NCBI GenBank assembly: GCA_009914755.4
Contig: CP068257.2
Location: 22,336,001 to 22,400,000, forward strand
Direction: 5' to 3'
Length of the DNA: 64,000 bases
Source: the human T2T-CHM13v2.0 reference genome, Homo sapiens
In this document: piece by piece, positions 41,062-55,399 of the stretch
How positions within the stretch are numbered: the stretch's first letter is position 1
Layout: each line of letters opens with the position of its first letter
Program-made: the position numbers and the translations under genes
Notes under the pieces: generated by a model
What the model was told of the DNA's origin: nothing
The model's input: only the letters and a program-made list of their open reading frames with translations
Databases searched by the model: none

Positions 41062-43382
41062 GATAGAGTTTGGCTGTGTCCCCACCCAAATTTCATCTTG
41101 AATTGTAACTTCCATCATCCCCACATGTCATGGGAGGGACCCAGTGGGAAGTAATTGAATCATAGGGGCGGGTTTTTTCAATACTGTTCTTATGATAGTG
41201 AATACATCTCATGAGATCTGATCATTTTATAAAGGGCAGTTCTCCTGTACATGTTCTCTTTCCTGCCACCATGTGGGACATGCCTTTGTTCTTCCTTCAC
41301 TTTCCGTGCTGATTGTGTGACCTCCCCAGCTATGTGGAACTATGAGTCCACTAAACCTCTTTTTCATTATAAATTACCCAGTCTCGGGTATGTCTTTGTT
41401 AGCAGTTTGAGAACAGACTAATACTATAAATTGGTATGGGTAGAGTGGGATGCTACTATAAGAATCTCCAAAAACGTGGGAGTGACTTTAGAACTGGGTA
41501 ACAGGCAGATGTTGGAACAGTTTGGAGGGCTAAGAAGATAGTATAATGTGGGAAAGTTTGGAACTTCCTAGAGACTTGGAGTGCTCAGAAGACAGGCAGA
41601 TGTGGGAGAGTTTGGAACTTCCTAGAGACTTGTTGAATGGCTTTGTCCAAAATGCTGATAGTGATGTGAACAATAAAGTCCAAAATGATGTGATCTCAGA
41701 TGGAGATGAGGAACTTGTTGGGAACTGGAGCAAAAGTGACTCCTCTTATGGTTTAACAAACAGACTGGAGGCATTTTGCTCCTGCCCTAGAGATCTGTAG
41801 ATCTGTGAATTTGAGAGAGATGAATTAAGGTATTTGGCAGAATAAATTTCTAAGTGACAAAGCATTCAAGGGGAAGCAGAGCATAAAAGTTTGGAAAATT
41901 TTTAGCATAACAATCCAATAGAAAAGAAAACCCCATTTTCTGGGGAGAGATTCAAGCCTGCAGCAGAAATTTGCATAAGTAACAAGGAACCAAATGTTAA
42001 TCACCATGACAATGAGAAAAATGTCTCCAGGGCATGTCAGAGACCTTCATGGCAGCTCCTCCCAACATAGGTCTGAGGGCTAGGAGAGAATAATGGATTC
42101 CTGGGCCAGGTCCAGGGCCCCCCTAAGGACTTGGTATCCTGTGTCCCAGCCACTCCAGCTGTAGCTAAAAGGGGCCAAAGTACAGCTTGGCTGTGGCTTC
42201 AGGGAATGCAAGCTCCAAGCTTTGTCAGCTCCTACATCGTGTTGAGTCTGCAGGCACACAAAAGTCAAGAATTGAGATTTGGAAACCTCCACTTAGATTT
42301 CAGAGGATGTATGGAGATACCTGGATGTCCAGGCAGAAGTTTGCTACAGGGGTGGGGCCCTCATTGAGGACCTCTGCTAGGGCAGTGTGGAAGAGGAATG
42401 TGGGGGGGTTGGAGGCCCCCCACACAGTCTCCCCTGTGACACTGCCTACTGGAGCTGTGAGAAGAGGGCCACCATCCTCTAGACCCCAGAATGGTAGCTC
42501 CACCAACAGCTTGCACCGTGAACCTGGAGAAGCTGCAGACATTCAACGCCAGCCTGTGAAAGTGGCAGGAGGGTGACTGTACCCTGCAAAGCCACAGGGG
42601 TGGAGCTTCCCAAGGCTGTGGGAGCCTACCTCTTGCATCAGCATGACCTGGATGTGAGACATGAAGTAAAAATAGGTTATTTTGGATCTTTAAAATTTAA
42701 TGACTGTCCTATTGGATTTTGGACTTGCATGGGGGCCTGTAGCCCCTTTGTTTTGGCCAATTTCTCCCATTTGGAATGGGTATATTTACTCAATGCCTCT
42801 ACTCCCTTTGTGTCTAGGAAGGAAATAACTTACTTTTGATTTTACAGTCTTATAGATGGAAGAGACTTGCCTTGTCTCAGATGAGACTTTGGGCTTGAAC
42901 ATTTGAGTTAATGCTGAAATGGGTTCAGAATTTTGAGGACTGTTGGGGAGGCATGATTATGTTTTGAAATGTGAAGACATGAGATTTGGGAGGGGCCGGG
43001 GGCAGTATGATATGGTTTGGCTGTGTCCCCCCCCCAAATATCATCTTGAATTATAGCTCTCATAATCCCTACATGACATGGGAGGGACCTGGTGGAAGGT
43101 AATTGAATAATGGGGGTGGGCTTTTTCTGTCCTGTTCTCATGGTAGTGAATAATTCTTATGAGATCCAATGATTTTAAAAAAGGCAGTTCCCCTGCACAT
43201 GCTCTCTTGCCTGCTACCATGTAAGACTCCCTTTGCTTCTCCTTCACACTTGCCATGTGTGGGGCAGATTGTGAGGCCTCCCCATCCACATGGAACCGTG
43301 AGGTCATTAACCCTCTCTTTCCTTTATAAATTACCCAGTCTTGGGAATTTCTTCATAGCAGTATGAAAATGGACTAATACAA
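41062..43382 (+). mobile_element. THE1/MST-class MaLR retrotransposon (number 3), full length, with a perfect 5-bp TSD
   Basis: 5' LTR about 41062-41427 ('gatagagtttggctgtgtccccacccaaatttcatcttgaattgtaacttccatcatccccacatgtcatgggagggacccagtgggaagtaattgaatcatagggg...gtatgtctttgttagcagtttgagaacagactaatacta'). Internal region 41428-43005 is collinear with THE1-int. 3' LTR about 43006-43382 ('tatgatatggtttggctgtgtccccc...ttcatagcagtatgaaaatggactaatacaa'). TSD 'tgagt' at 41057-41061 and 43383-43387. Confidence 0.9.
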
Positions 43383-43896
43383 TGAGTTTCAATATTTTTT
43401 TACTGGACCATAGATAATGAGAAATACATATTTTCTACAACAATAGCACATAAATATTTTTAGTCAGTTAAATTTTTACAAATAAAATGTATAGATTTAA
43501 TAAGTTAAATATTAGATTTAATAAGTTAAATCTATAAAAAATGTTGATTTTACAATCTTTATGTTTATTTCAAAATATTCATTAGTTCATTGAATTAAAC
43601 ATGAGAAGTTGTGAGACAGTTGGAGGAAGCGTAGAAGTAGAATGTGCTTTAAAGTCAGGAAGATTTGAATTCAAAGCTTAGTTCTGCAATTTACTACTCT
43701 GGGGCCTTAACGGGACTTCATGTTCACTCCAGCCTTAGCTTTCACTTATCTTACAGGCAGATCGTGGATTTTAACAAAGTGAATACATGTAACAGATAAT
43801 AATCCAAGTTTTTTCTTTTCCCTTTACTTTTAGACTACTTTACACTTTGATAAGAAAGACTCTAAAGAAGGTGGCTGGTGCTATGAACTGAATGCT

Positions 43897-44218
43897 TGTG
43901 GCCCCCCAGTATCTGTATGTTGAAACCCTATCAAGGTGTTTGGAAATGTGGCTTTCGAGGTAGTTGGATTCAAATGAGGTCATGAGTCTCTGATGGAACT
44001 GGTGCCCTTATAAGGGGATGAAGAGAACAGAATGCTCTTTATCTTATGAGGATATAGCAAGAAGAGAGCCCTCTGAAAACCAGGAAGAGGACACTTACCA
44101 CACACCTAATAGACCAGCATCTCAGTCTTGGACTTCCCAGCCCCCAGAACTATAAGAAATAAATGTATGCTGTTAAAACTACCTAGTATTTGTTATAGCA
44201 GCCCAAGCTGACTAAGAT
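43897..44218 (+). mobile_element. MLT1-type MaLR solo LTR
   Basis: 'tgtggccccccagtatctgtatgttgaaaccctatcaaggtgtttggaaatgtggctttcgaggtagttggattcaaatgaggtcatgag...ggtgcccttataaggggatgaagagaacag...agccctctgaaaaccaggaagaggacacttaccacacacc...cttggacttcccagcccccagaactataagaaataaatgtatgctgtt...ttgttatagcagcccaagctgactaagat'. Confidence 0.55.
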
Positions 44219-44410
44219 ATTTGGGAATAAACCCTTTCAGTTATCTGAATACAGTTCTTTGATCTAACAGAATTTAGGCTCTACTTTAAGCTCTTTGAGA
44301 AAAAACAATGACTCAATTAAAATAATAGAATAATAAACATTCTCTATTTAGATTAGCAAACTCTTCTTGTTCAAAGTGTGTAAAATAGAGAACAACTTCT
44401 CCAAACATAG

Positions 44411-44718
<308 letters not shown>

Positions 44719-46079
44719 TCCCTCCAGACATGGTTTTAACCATGAATTTTTAAGATATTCTCTCATAAAAAGAGATCTATCTTTGTCATGCACATAAACA
44801 GAAAACTGAAAAATCAACCCTGTTTCAAAGGGAGAACAGATTTTTAAAAAGAAATAAAGTAAGAGTAAACAGTATTTATTTATTTTAATTAGTTTCAGTG
44901 GCTGTTGATGGACTGCTATTATATCCCATAAGAAAAATTGACTAGAGACTCAATTCGTATGTGAACAATAAATTAACACTATTTTAATATATTTGCTATG
45001 AGATAGAAGGGAACCAATCTCTCAGCCCCTTAAAATTTTACTTTGCATCTTTAACATTGAAAGACAATAGAAAAGAAATCATTGCTTTACAAGGTTAGCA
45101 TCCTGGGTCATTGTATTAAAATCTTAGACAGTAGTGTTCCTGGGGTCACAGGTCATTTAGCGCCTCACATCTCTTAAATACTTTGAAGGGATTATGTACA
45201 CCATTATGTAAGATTTTTTCATCCATTTCGAATAATTCAGTTTTACATCATTTAAGCCCTCCGTTAATTTTGGTGATGTACTTCTAAACTTTTTCCCAAT
45301 GGGTAAATAAACTTAATTCAGAAAGAAATTGTGGTTTGGAGTTCTAGCTTTCAGAATGGTAGCTCCCAAGAGAAAAATTGTTTTGGAAATGGTAAGAAAG
45401 GATCAACCACCTTTAATTCTATCAGGAATTTAATCTTGTAATAAGCCTGAAAATTCCATTTTTGTTAATAGAAAGAGAATCCGCATGAAATATAGAGAGC
45501 AAACCGTTTCCACTGGCAGCAAAAACAACTACACTGAGTCATCACACACTCAGCATATAAAATTGATTTAATTATATTGAGGAGAAGGGGGGTGAAAATG
45601 GACTGAACTAGCACAGTCAGCCAAATGCAAACAAAGCACAAAACTCAAATTGTGTTACTGATGGAGAGGTAACATTCTGTCAACACTGTGCTGTGCTTTT
45701 CATCTTTATGCCATTCTCAGGTGTCCTCGCTAGTAGCAATCCCAACCAGTCTTATTTAAAAATATATGTCCCTTGCTGGGCATCATGCCTCATTTATGAT
45801 ATGGCTTTCTTTGGAAGGATACTTCAATTTTCCTTACAAGGAAAACCAATAAAAGAATTCAATAAGTGACTTGAACATTGTATTGGCTCACCCCTTAATG
45901 GTCTTAGAAATCCATTTTTCTATATCAATCTGTAGCATCCTCCACCTCTGAGTCCAGTGTTACTTCACCAGATGCAAATAGAGATCAACACTCACTGGTT
46001 TTCCTTAGGGTCCAGGTTGTTCTCTGGATTATCGCTAAAGAAATCTATTACACTGAGAGTGAATCAGGTATGTTTCTCA

Positions 46080-46260
46080 CAGAAAGGCAGCATGGCACTG
46101 AGAGGTAAGTCTGGACTGGAATCAGGAGACCTGGAACTTCCTGCCAGTCCTGCTACCATGGTGAATAATTCACTTCTGTTTGCAAAGCTTTCTGAGTGAC
46201 CTTTCCATACTTACAAATTTCTCATCTGCAAAATAAAAGGGTCCTTGGGAAAATTGACAG
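46080..46260 (+). mobile_element. MIR SINE fragment
   Basis: 'ggcagcatggcactgagaggtaagtctggactggaatcaggagacctggaacttcctgccagtcctgctaccatggtgaataattcacttctgtttgcaaagctttctgagtgacctttccatacttacaaatttctcatctgcaaaataaaagg' against the MIR consensus (...gcatagtggttaagagcacgggctctggagccagactgcctgggttcgaatcccggctctgccacttactagctgtgtgaccttgggcaagttacttaacctctctgtgcctcagtttcctcatctgtaaaatgggg). Confidence 0.5.
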
Positions 46261-48214
46261 AGTTCTCACAGTGCTACAATTCTATGAATTTAACCTGGTT
46301 TATTTGATTTATAAATAAGTAAAATCAGTTTAAAGCCATTAGAAATGACATTCCTAAATGCGATTCATTAAGCATCCACAAATTATCTAAAGCAATGGTT
46401 AGTATAACAAAAAAAGCCTGTATTTTAAATTATAGTGTTTTTTAGGTTATTATTATAAAAAATAATTGTATAGACCAAAAACATACAGCCAGGTTCAAAA
46501 TATTACACTGAAAACCCTTTAGTAATATTTTTCAAAAATATTATACTAGGAGTTTATATATTTTCCTAACACCTAAGGAAATGAGTATTAAATAAAACAT
46601 GAAAATTCATCAATATTATTTCTCACTTCGTGGGTTATCTGAATGATATAAACCATGAAGCAATAAGTAATATTGGTTTTGAATTTTTACCTTTCTTGCT
46701 AATGTTCTATATGAATACCAAAATTTTCTTTAATTGTAAGATTATAATAATGTTCAATAGCTAATCCAAACTCATGTGTGTAGTTTTAGTTTCCTCTTAG
46801 ATTTAGGATTATATTTAATGTGATTCTGTTTGTCTGGCAGTGTTTCCATTATTTTGGCAGCTGGCAAGGAGGATTGGTTATACGAAGCTTTTCTATTTTC
46901 CCTGCAATTTCCAACTTGGCTCCAACTTTTAGTAATCGTATTTTTGCTTCCGTTTAAAGGAACTGTATGCAGAATGTCATTTATTAGGTAACCACTTATC
47001 TGTGAAAAAATCCTACTTATTCTATTTTTGACAAAGTGATAAAGATAGCTTTGCAGTGAAATGCTGAGTAACAAGCAAATCAGACTGCAACATAGACTCG
47101 GGAAAAAAAAATCTCTGCTAAAAAAAGTCAAATCCATCTACCCTTTGAGGGTTAAAAAGAAAAGCATTTCTACCAACGATACTAAAGTTAAAAAAACGTA
47201 GAATTTATGATGTTTTCCCTTTAAAACTAGAGAACAAATAATTTATGACTGCTACAGGCCTATATTTTCATTTCAGTGGAATCTTAGTGTCCCCTACTGG
47301 TATTCAAAAAATGTAAAATATTAATAATATTTTCTGGTTTTCTTTTTAGAGAAGTATTTTCTATTATAGCAACATGGAAATCTTCCAAAAGCATTGTTTT
47401 ATTAACCTGACCTTTGTAAAGTTGAGAATGAATGTGAGTTTAGGTTCTACCTTTAGGCAGATTTTTGAAACCTAACTGAAGCTGCCAGTTAAACGCAAAG
47501 CAATATTTTTTAAAGTTAACTGATCTGCAGGGTTTGAATTGAGTTGTTTCTGAACCATAAGGTAAACAAGTGATGTATTTTCTTTCATTCTCTCCTTTTG
47601 TAAGTTTAATTTTTGTCAAAGTAGTATAAAAATGAATTCAAATGTAATTATAGCCTTTTGGTAGCCTCTAGGACTATAGAGTTTTTAAAAACAAAACAGT
47701 CCATTGATTTTTTTCCACCTGTCATTCCTGCTTTCCAGAGGCCACAGAGTTCAAGTCCTCTAGCTATATTCTTAAAAATCTGCCTTTTTATTTCTAAAAA
47801 AATCAAGTTTATGCTTCCATTTCTCTCTTGTTGTTTTCAAATTAGCCACTTCTTTTGACTCCCTACAATGAAAGATAAGAATTAAGCTTTTTACCAAAAA
47901 CACACACACTTACAGGGAGTCACATCCCTCCCCACATATCACACACAACCTTAAAATATCAGTCACAGCTGATCCCTTATTATATAATTATTGCATATAA
48001 TTTCCTATGTACACTTGCTTGTCCTGAAAACTGAAATAGCCCTTAATCCTTTTCTTTTATATAGCCATCATTAAACACTAGTATATTTCATGTATACATA
48101 TTTATGCACAGACTTTTTTACATATTAATAACAGTCATACATTCTTTGAAGTCAAAATAAAATGATTGGGTTAATGCGTTTAGTGAATTTACAGAGGGAA
48201 GACAGTATCTCTAT

Positions 48215-48350
48215 TTTCTGAGCCCCAGACTAGATTCCAGAGACCAACCTAGTTGCTAGAATTCTGCCACTGACTACCTGTGGAAGCTTGGGTATGTCAT
48301 TTTACCTCTCCATGCCTCCAATTTTTCATCCGCAAAATAAAAACATTGGC
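48215..48350 (+). mobile_element. MIR SINE fragment
   Basis: 'ctgccactgactacctgtggaagcttgggtatgtcattttacctctccatgcctccaatttttcatccgcaaaataaaaacattgg'. Confidence 0.5.
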
Positions 48351-50034
48351 CTATACTTTCTAAAGTTCTCTGACACAATTCTAATATAAAATATTATATG
48401 ACATTATGTTAAATATAATATGTTTGATGATATTATATACACATAATATAGATTTAAAAATTTGAATAGGGAAACTCAAAAGAGACTGATAAGGCTTATT
48501 TGTGTCCAGTTCTACTAGTGAATACTAGTATTTCCTGTGAGTTGGATTGTTTATATGCAGTGCATACTTTATTTTACATTCTAAAAGCCTAGAAGATGGC
48601 TTTCAAACTTTAACTTTCATCCATTTATTCTACCTGGGGTCATTATTAAAATGATGATTCTAATTCAGTGGATCTGAGAACAGGCCTGAGATACTGCTTT
48701 TCTAATAGGTTTTGCAGTCTCACTTAGAGCAGAAAGGGCCTACAGTTTAATTTCAGCTGGACCCACCTAGAGAACAAACCTGCAGAACTTCCTCCAGTGT
48801 GTAGGCCACCAAATTCCTCAACACAGCAAGGGTTGTATTGAAGAATTAGGTATTCTTACTAGGTACAGCAAATTATGTAATGAGATTTTGTTACCAAGTA
48901 TTAATGTGAAGTATATTTCTTCAATTTATGTAGTCTTTATGGTAGAAATTGCCAATGCCATTCCTGTAGAATATATTTAGCTGTGTATAATATTATCTTT
49001 CAAATCAATGGAGACCAATCTATTTATCAGCCCTTCATAGGACTCCAAGCCATCAAAGAAGACGATACGATGCTCACAGAGCCATGAATTTATAAGTTAG
49101 CAATATGTGTCTAGATTATTTGCAAAGCATTTCTAATTAGACTATTCATTCCTTTTATTTTTTTAAGTAATGTTTGAATTCCTCGTCAGCCCAGATTTCA
49201 CCATTATGCAGTATATGCATGTAACAAAACGGCACTTGTACTCCTTAAATGTATACAAATAAAAATAATAACAATTTATCTTTAAATTCTACCATAAAAC
49301 TACATAAATTGAAGAAATATATTTAACATTAATACTTGTTAACAAAATATCATTACATAATTTGCTGTGCATAGTAAGGAAAACATTCTTATATAAATTA
49401 TCTCATCTCAAAGAAATGGCCTCCAAACAAAAACAAACAAACAGAAAAAGAATTCTGGCAATTTCTCAAACACCTTTCATACTGCCAGAATAGTCTGCTG
49501 TGAACAATTTGTCCCAGCAGCACTCCATCAGAAAGCACTGTATTGCATCAGTAACACTTCTTTCTGTAGTTTATCAGGAAAGACCATGAAAGAGAGTACT
49601 TTTAATTATTTTTTCGATTCAACCGACCTGCTTTCTAAGACCATGTCCATAAATCATTGTATTTGACCTCTGCAACCTCATCTCACCACACCAGAGGAGG
49701 AAATAGGCCTCCACTCTTTCCTCAAGAAATCACGAGAATCAAAGTCAATTTCCTTTTGAACTCTCCTTCTAAGGCGTCAGAAGAAGTAATCATCTTCTTA
49801 CAATCCCTCCCACCACCTCCTTTTTAATGCTGACCAGAAACCTGAATAAACTCACATTTGACACCCCCCGCCACAAAATGCCTCTTCTCATACAGAATTT
49901 AATGGACACTCCGACCTTCAGAAGAAAGTGGTCCTGATTAAATCAATTAAATATGTTCCCTTCCACGTAAAATGTGCTAGCAAATGGTTGTTATTTTTTT
50001 TTAATCTTCTCAAGAAGAAGGAGAATGAGATTCA

Positions 50035-50200
50035 TTTTTTATTGAGTGTCTAGTAAGACACTGGGCCAGCCTTGAAGATAGAGGAATGAGGGAGAGAGAT
50101 ACCATCCCTGCCCCATCCTGAACTTCTGGACACACAATTCATTAGTGGCCAAGCTCAGACTAAAATCAGAAGCCCCAGATGCTTGGCCTTTAACTTTGCT
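50035..50200 (-). mobile_element. Possible MIR SINE fragment, minus orientation
   Basis: 'ttttattgagtgtctagtaagacactgggccagcc...acaattcattagtggccaagctcagactaaaatcagaagcc' versus the reverse-complement MIR (tttattgagcgcttactatgtgccaggcactgt...ctagtaagtggcagagccaggattcgaacccagg). Weak. Confidence 0.35.
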
Positions 50201-51577
50201 TCCTGACACCAAATTACCTAACAAAAAGTATTTCTAATGTACTGAGTCTCAATTCTTGTGAGAGGTGGAATGAACCGTGGAGCCCTATAAAATAATCTTT
50301 GACCCCTACAGCTCATCGAAGTTTAGGTCCAGGTTTCTGTGTTTTTAAATGTCTGCAAAGGAGTTTCTCCAAGTAGAAGGTTTACATGTTACCAGCTGGT
50401 GTTTTCTCCAGATATTGTTTGTGTACTCACTTAGGTATTAAAAAATGGTTGGAGGAAATTAAAACAAAAATATGGTTTATAAAATAGCTTAACTAAATTT
50501 GTTGGTAGTCTGAAATCAAAATGTTGCGGTACATTTCTGTAGGTGTATAATTTATTGCTGAAAATACCTTTTCCATAAAATGCCTAGTTGGCTGTCATTC
50601 TTCCTTTCTCTCTGTTTACTGAGTAAATGGAATAAAATTATGAGATCAGCTCCAAACTATGTTCCAGATCTAAACTTGTATGTTTAACCATAGAAGGATC
50701 AATGCTTACTCAAAGCTAAAAGTCTAGACTATTTGTGATCCGAAAGTTTACTGGGTTCAGGAAACTATCGAAGTGGCAGATGGGAGTTTCATATTGTTTT
50801 CTGGAAAGATACAGGAAAGAATGAGGTTTGTAGCCAACATACATTAATACAACCAGCTCTGATTCTACTTGCTGTGGCATTGTATACATTCCCTAAAATC
50901 CTTTAAGGATTTCAATCTCCAGGTTTAAGTAAGATAAGTCTCAAAGAGCATTTGATGGCAGATTATTTTATTTCATACATGTTGAAACTAATAAACAAAA
51001 GTAGAGAAAATGTCACCTACATATTATTAACATAATACACAAGAAACTGCCTAAGGTCGTAGGTAGTTTAACAGGTTAAGCAAAGTGGAATTACAAAATA
51101 ATATTTTGATTTTCTTCTAGTTTTTAATTTCTAAACAGAATTAGCTGGTTCTTTTGTATAACATTAAATATAATCCATATAATAAAGAATATTTCATTAT
51201 TGATAATTTTTGTTAAAGTTTAATTTTCAAGGCAAACACAGTGTATCAGAATAGTGAGCCCTCTTCCATAAAAGCACTGTGGAATAGATATTTAGTTTTT
51301 CTTGTTGCCATAAACATTTCTTCAAGGATTTGTATCTAACTTTATTACATTTGAAAATATAATTGTATTGATAAACTATATATTTTTTATTTAATATGTC
51401 AAAAACATTTGAGGCATATTGAAGTATAGCATCCATCACAAAGAAAAACATCTACTGTTCAATTAACAGAAAGTGGTTTAGAACGTAGACCCAGACATAG
51501 GTCATATAGATTTTGGTCAAATTTTAACTCAGCTCTGAGCTAAAGACCTGGTATGTGTCTTTAGGAATGTTACTTAA

Positions 51578-51690
51578 TCTTAGCTCACTGCAGCCTTAAA
51601 CTTCTGGGCTCAGGCGGTCCTCCTGCCTCATCATCTTCCTCAGTAGCTGGGACTGCATGTGTGTGCCACCATGCACAGCTGATCCTTCTC
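51578..51690 (-). mobile_element. Internal Alu fragment, minus orientation
   Basis: 'cttagctcactgcagccttaaacttctgggctcaggcggtcctcctgcctcatcatcttcctcagtagctgggactgcatgtgtgtgccaccatgcacagctgatcc'. Confidence 0.6.
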
Positions 51691-54600
51691 TTTCTATGAA
51701 GATAAGGTTAACATCAATTAATTATAGGTATTATTCTAATCGTTATTTTAAACAGTGGCTTAGTTGGCATAAATTTTTTTTGGAAGTAAATAAAAATGAT
51801 ACTTTCAAGTAGATTTTAACGTTAAAGTCTTTAAAGATTTATCCTCCTGTTCAACCTGTAAAGTCTACTCACTTGATTATATACCCAAGTCAGAAGTTCT
51901 GGGACTTGGAATGTGCTTGTTTTGGAATGTTTTTAATCTGATTTTTTAAAAAAATACAGTTTATTTCTCAAAATTTCTAAATGATTTGTTTTCCTAGGTT
52001 GATAGAGTTTATTAATTTTGACATTTAGAGTTTTCTTTCCAGAATTTTTAGCTTTTAAGTAGATATTATCTGCATAAAAATGTGTTTCTGGCTTTCACCT
52101 TTTCTAGAGTTACAAGCTAAGACATTTCTACATACCAGCCAGTAAGAAAGTCTAAAAAGACTACTCGAAAATAAGGCACATGTCTCCTGGCAAAACCAAA
52201 TTTTAAAGGGGTTTGGAAAATTGGAAGGGGATTTGTAAAGCTGACCTATCACCGGCTGCCACTTATGTGGGAGGTGGAGGGCAGGCTATTATAGCATTCC
52301 TTAAGGAAATTCACAAGTATTGCAATCAGGACCTGTCCATTAGTAGTAAAGACTGAGTATTTCCAACTGGGTGCTCACATATCCCAATACAATCTTAAAA
52401 TAAACCCATTACAAATCTCAAGCAAGAAAACGCAACATTTGTAGCATCTAAATATGAGTTTTATTAAGTAAAGAGCAGGTAACATTTAAAAAGAATCTTA
52501 CCAAATTAAGTTTAAAGAACATCATATAGAGACCCATGTTGGTATTACTGAAAAGTAAGATATTTATGTCACTGCGCCAATAGAGTATTCCATCTTGGCT
52601 GACATAGGCGAAAATGACTTGCAAACCCGCCAAAAACTGGGAGATTGAGACAAAAGGACTAGAAGAGAAAAAAACAGAATGTAGTCAGAAAATCTCATGG
52701 AGAATAGTGAATTACACCTTGAGACTTTGCATCATAGAGCTCATAAAATGAAAACTGTACATTGATTTTTTTCTCTTGGTTCAGCTAGAGAGATACTATA
52801 TCAAACATTTCTAAAAATAACACTTTCCACTGGTTTTATCTTATTAAACTGAAAATAAAGCAGTGTTTCAGTAAGGTTGTTGTAAACATGCATTAAAGCT
52901 ATTGTTTGTCAACAGAGGAAGGAACTGAAAAAAATTACAGCACTCCCTCTAAATTATTTACCATAATTACAACATTAACTATAATGAACATAATGCACAG
53001 TTGAAAGACAACTGGTATAAATATGGCTAAAATGCCCAATTCATTGAATAATTCATTTTTCTCATAAATATAATATCATGATTCCTGGTCGTTGAAAAAT
53101 TTATATTTCATAACTATAATAGAATGTTGATAGATTGGGTAAGACCTGAGAGAATTTTAAGATCCTGTCATTAAATCGATATCCTCAGTAACAGAATTTT
53201 CTGACCAAATATTACTAGATAAAATGCACACCTCAATCATAATTTTACTCGGCAGATTGGAAATATGAGAGTTCAAACAAGAATCAATTCAGTTCCATTT
53301 TCTTCTCAAAAAAGTGTATAAGGGACTAAGCAAGATCATTGGTTCCAAGTGAATACCCAAACTACTTTAGCAGGCATTCCTGCTTAGACACTTTTACTTC
53401 TTGCGGCACGTTATCAGTCTCTTTACACTATCACCCCTTAGGAGTCTGGAGTCATTCTGTGAGAATTCTTATCTCCCTTTGTTCAAGCTTACTTTTTCGA
53501 GAAATATTCTTGGATGATACTGAATAAAAAGAGCAGTTCTCAGTAATCTCTCATTTCTAACAACTTTGGGGATAAGTCCAGGGTATTAGTTGTAAATACA
53601 ACACAGAAAACCAAATATCTCAAGTAGGAATGAAGCCTCTGAGTCAGACAAATCTCTTTGAGATTGAAGACAAGCGTGAGACTATTATATTCCCAGATTC
53701 TTCTTGTAAAAAATGAGGATAATCATGACACCTATTTCATAAGATCGTTAGAATTGTGGGAATGTATGGGAAATTCTAAATCCTATGTATGATATGTAAT
53801 AAATACACATTTAAACGCATGCTTCCACCTGCCTTGCTGCCATTGTTATCACATCTGGAAGAGCACAGGGGTCAGTTTTCATGACGTAGTAGAAAACTGG
53901 TGTTAAATATCTTGAAAAAATAATTAATGTGGCAAGAAGTTGACTGAGAGACAATATTATATATAATATTTGAGACAAATTACAGAGGAAAAGGGCAAAC
54001 TGTAGAAAAAGCCATATATATATGAAATATATAAAAAGCCATATATATAACTAAAATATAAATAGCCATATATATATAAAATCTCCAGAAAATAATCATT
54101 TCAGCCTCAGATTATAGGCCTTCTGGGCAAATTAAAACCTAGAGAATCTAAGGGAAAAAGGCACTTGATGAGGACGGAAGACATACTAAGTTAGAAGAAC
54201 ATGTTATGTTACTGATACTCTGTTACTTGTTAAATTATCTTCATGTTAAAAGAAGAAGGTTAATGGAAGAGGACACAACACATTCTGAAAGTCTAGAAAA
54301 TCGAATTTGCCTACCTGTCTTTGACAACAGAAGTTTTAATACAGTCAACAAGGCAGTAATACCTCAATCTTGCACATACTCTGGATTCTACAGTGACTCC
54401 TGTGTCCAGAGCGATATCAGACTGACACAAAGCACTCTACCTTTAAGAATTGTAGATTGTGTAAATGCTAATTTGTACTTGTATCATTTTTTATTCACCA
54501 ACACTCTTGAAAGCTAAGAATAGCACATGATACATAATAACTACTCAGTATAATGGGTTAAATAAATTGACAGAAAATACATACAAATCCAAATATCATT

Positions 54601-55065
54601 GTATATTTTATTAAAATAGCAAAGCTGTATCTATCTTTGACCTTTTTTCAGCAATTTATCCTTGGGGATATAGGCTTCAAAAACTCTTAGAAGCTCAGGA
54701 ACAAAAGTGATAAATGGGAAATATAATGCTAAAATTGATTGGAGAACCATCAGGAGAGCGAGATATGCTTTGTCTTTTCAATTGTGAGAATTAGTGCTGG
54801 ATAGCAGAGTGCAGAGTATATCGAATACTAAAAACATGGTTTTACCTATGTAGTTGAATTGGCTTGGTTTTCCTACTCTCATGGTACTGTATCTATATTA
54901 CTCACTCATTAGTTTTCACCTCTGACTCTTTGTTTCCATTCATTAATTTAATACATCAAATGGAAAATTGAGTAAGTAGGGGTTTTCCCCCTCATGTTGT
55001 GTGTGTATCACATTATTCTTTCATATGGCATGTGGGTACATATACACACACACATACCTATATAA

Positions 55066-55168
55066 AGTGAGAGAGAGAGAGAGAAAGTAAGAAAAATGAA
55101 AGAAAGACAAAGAAAGACAAAGAAAGAAAGAAAGAAAGAAAGACAAAGAAAGAAAGAAAGAAAGAGTG
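55066..55168. repeat. (GA)n/(GAAA)n/(GAAAGACAAA)n purine-rich compound microsatellite
   Basis: 'gagagagagagagagaaagtaagaaaaatgaaagaaagacaaagaaagacaaagaaagaaagaaagaaagaaagacaaagaaagaaagaaagaaagag'. Confidence 0.9.
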
Positions 55169-55399
55169 AGTTGAGGACACTTTGAAAGATGAGGATGAGA
55201 AATATGCCTAGGTGACATTCATTTATACGGGTTTTTCTGAAGAAACTCGATAATTTACAATGCAAGATTCATCCAGTACTAAAGCCTAAAGATATGTTTT
55301 TATTGGCTTCAGACTTTCCAGGACAGATTTCAGATTTTCAAAAGCCCCTGGAAATTGGGAAGGGAAACCCGTTAAAGGAGGTCATGTGGAGAGGGGGAG

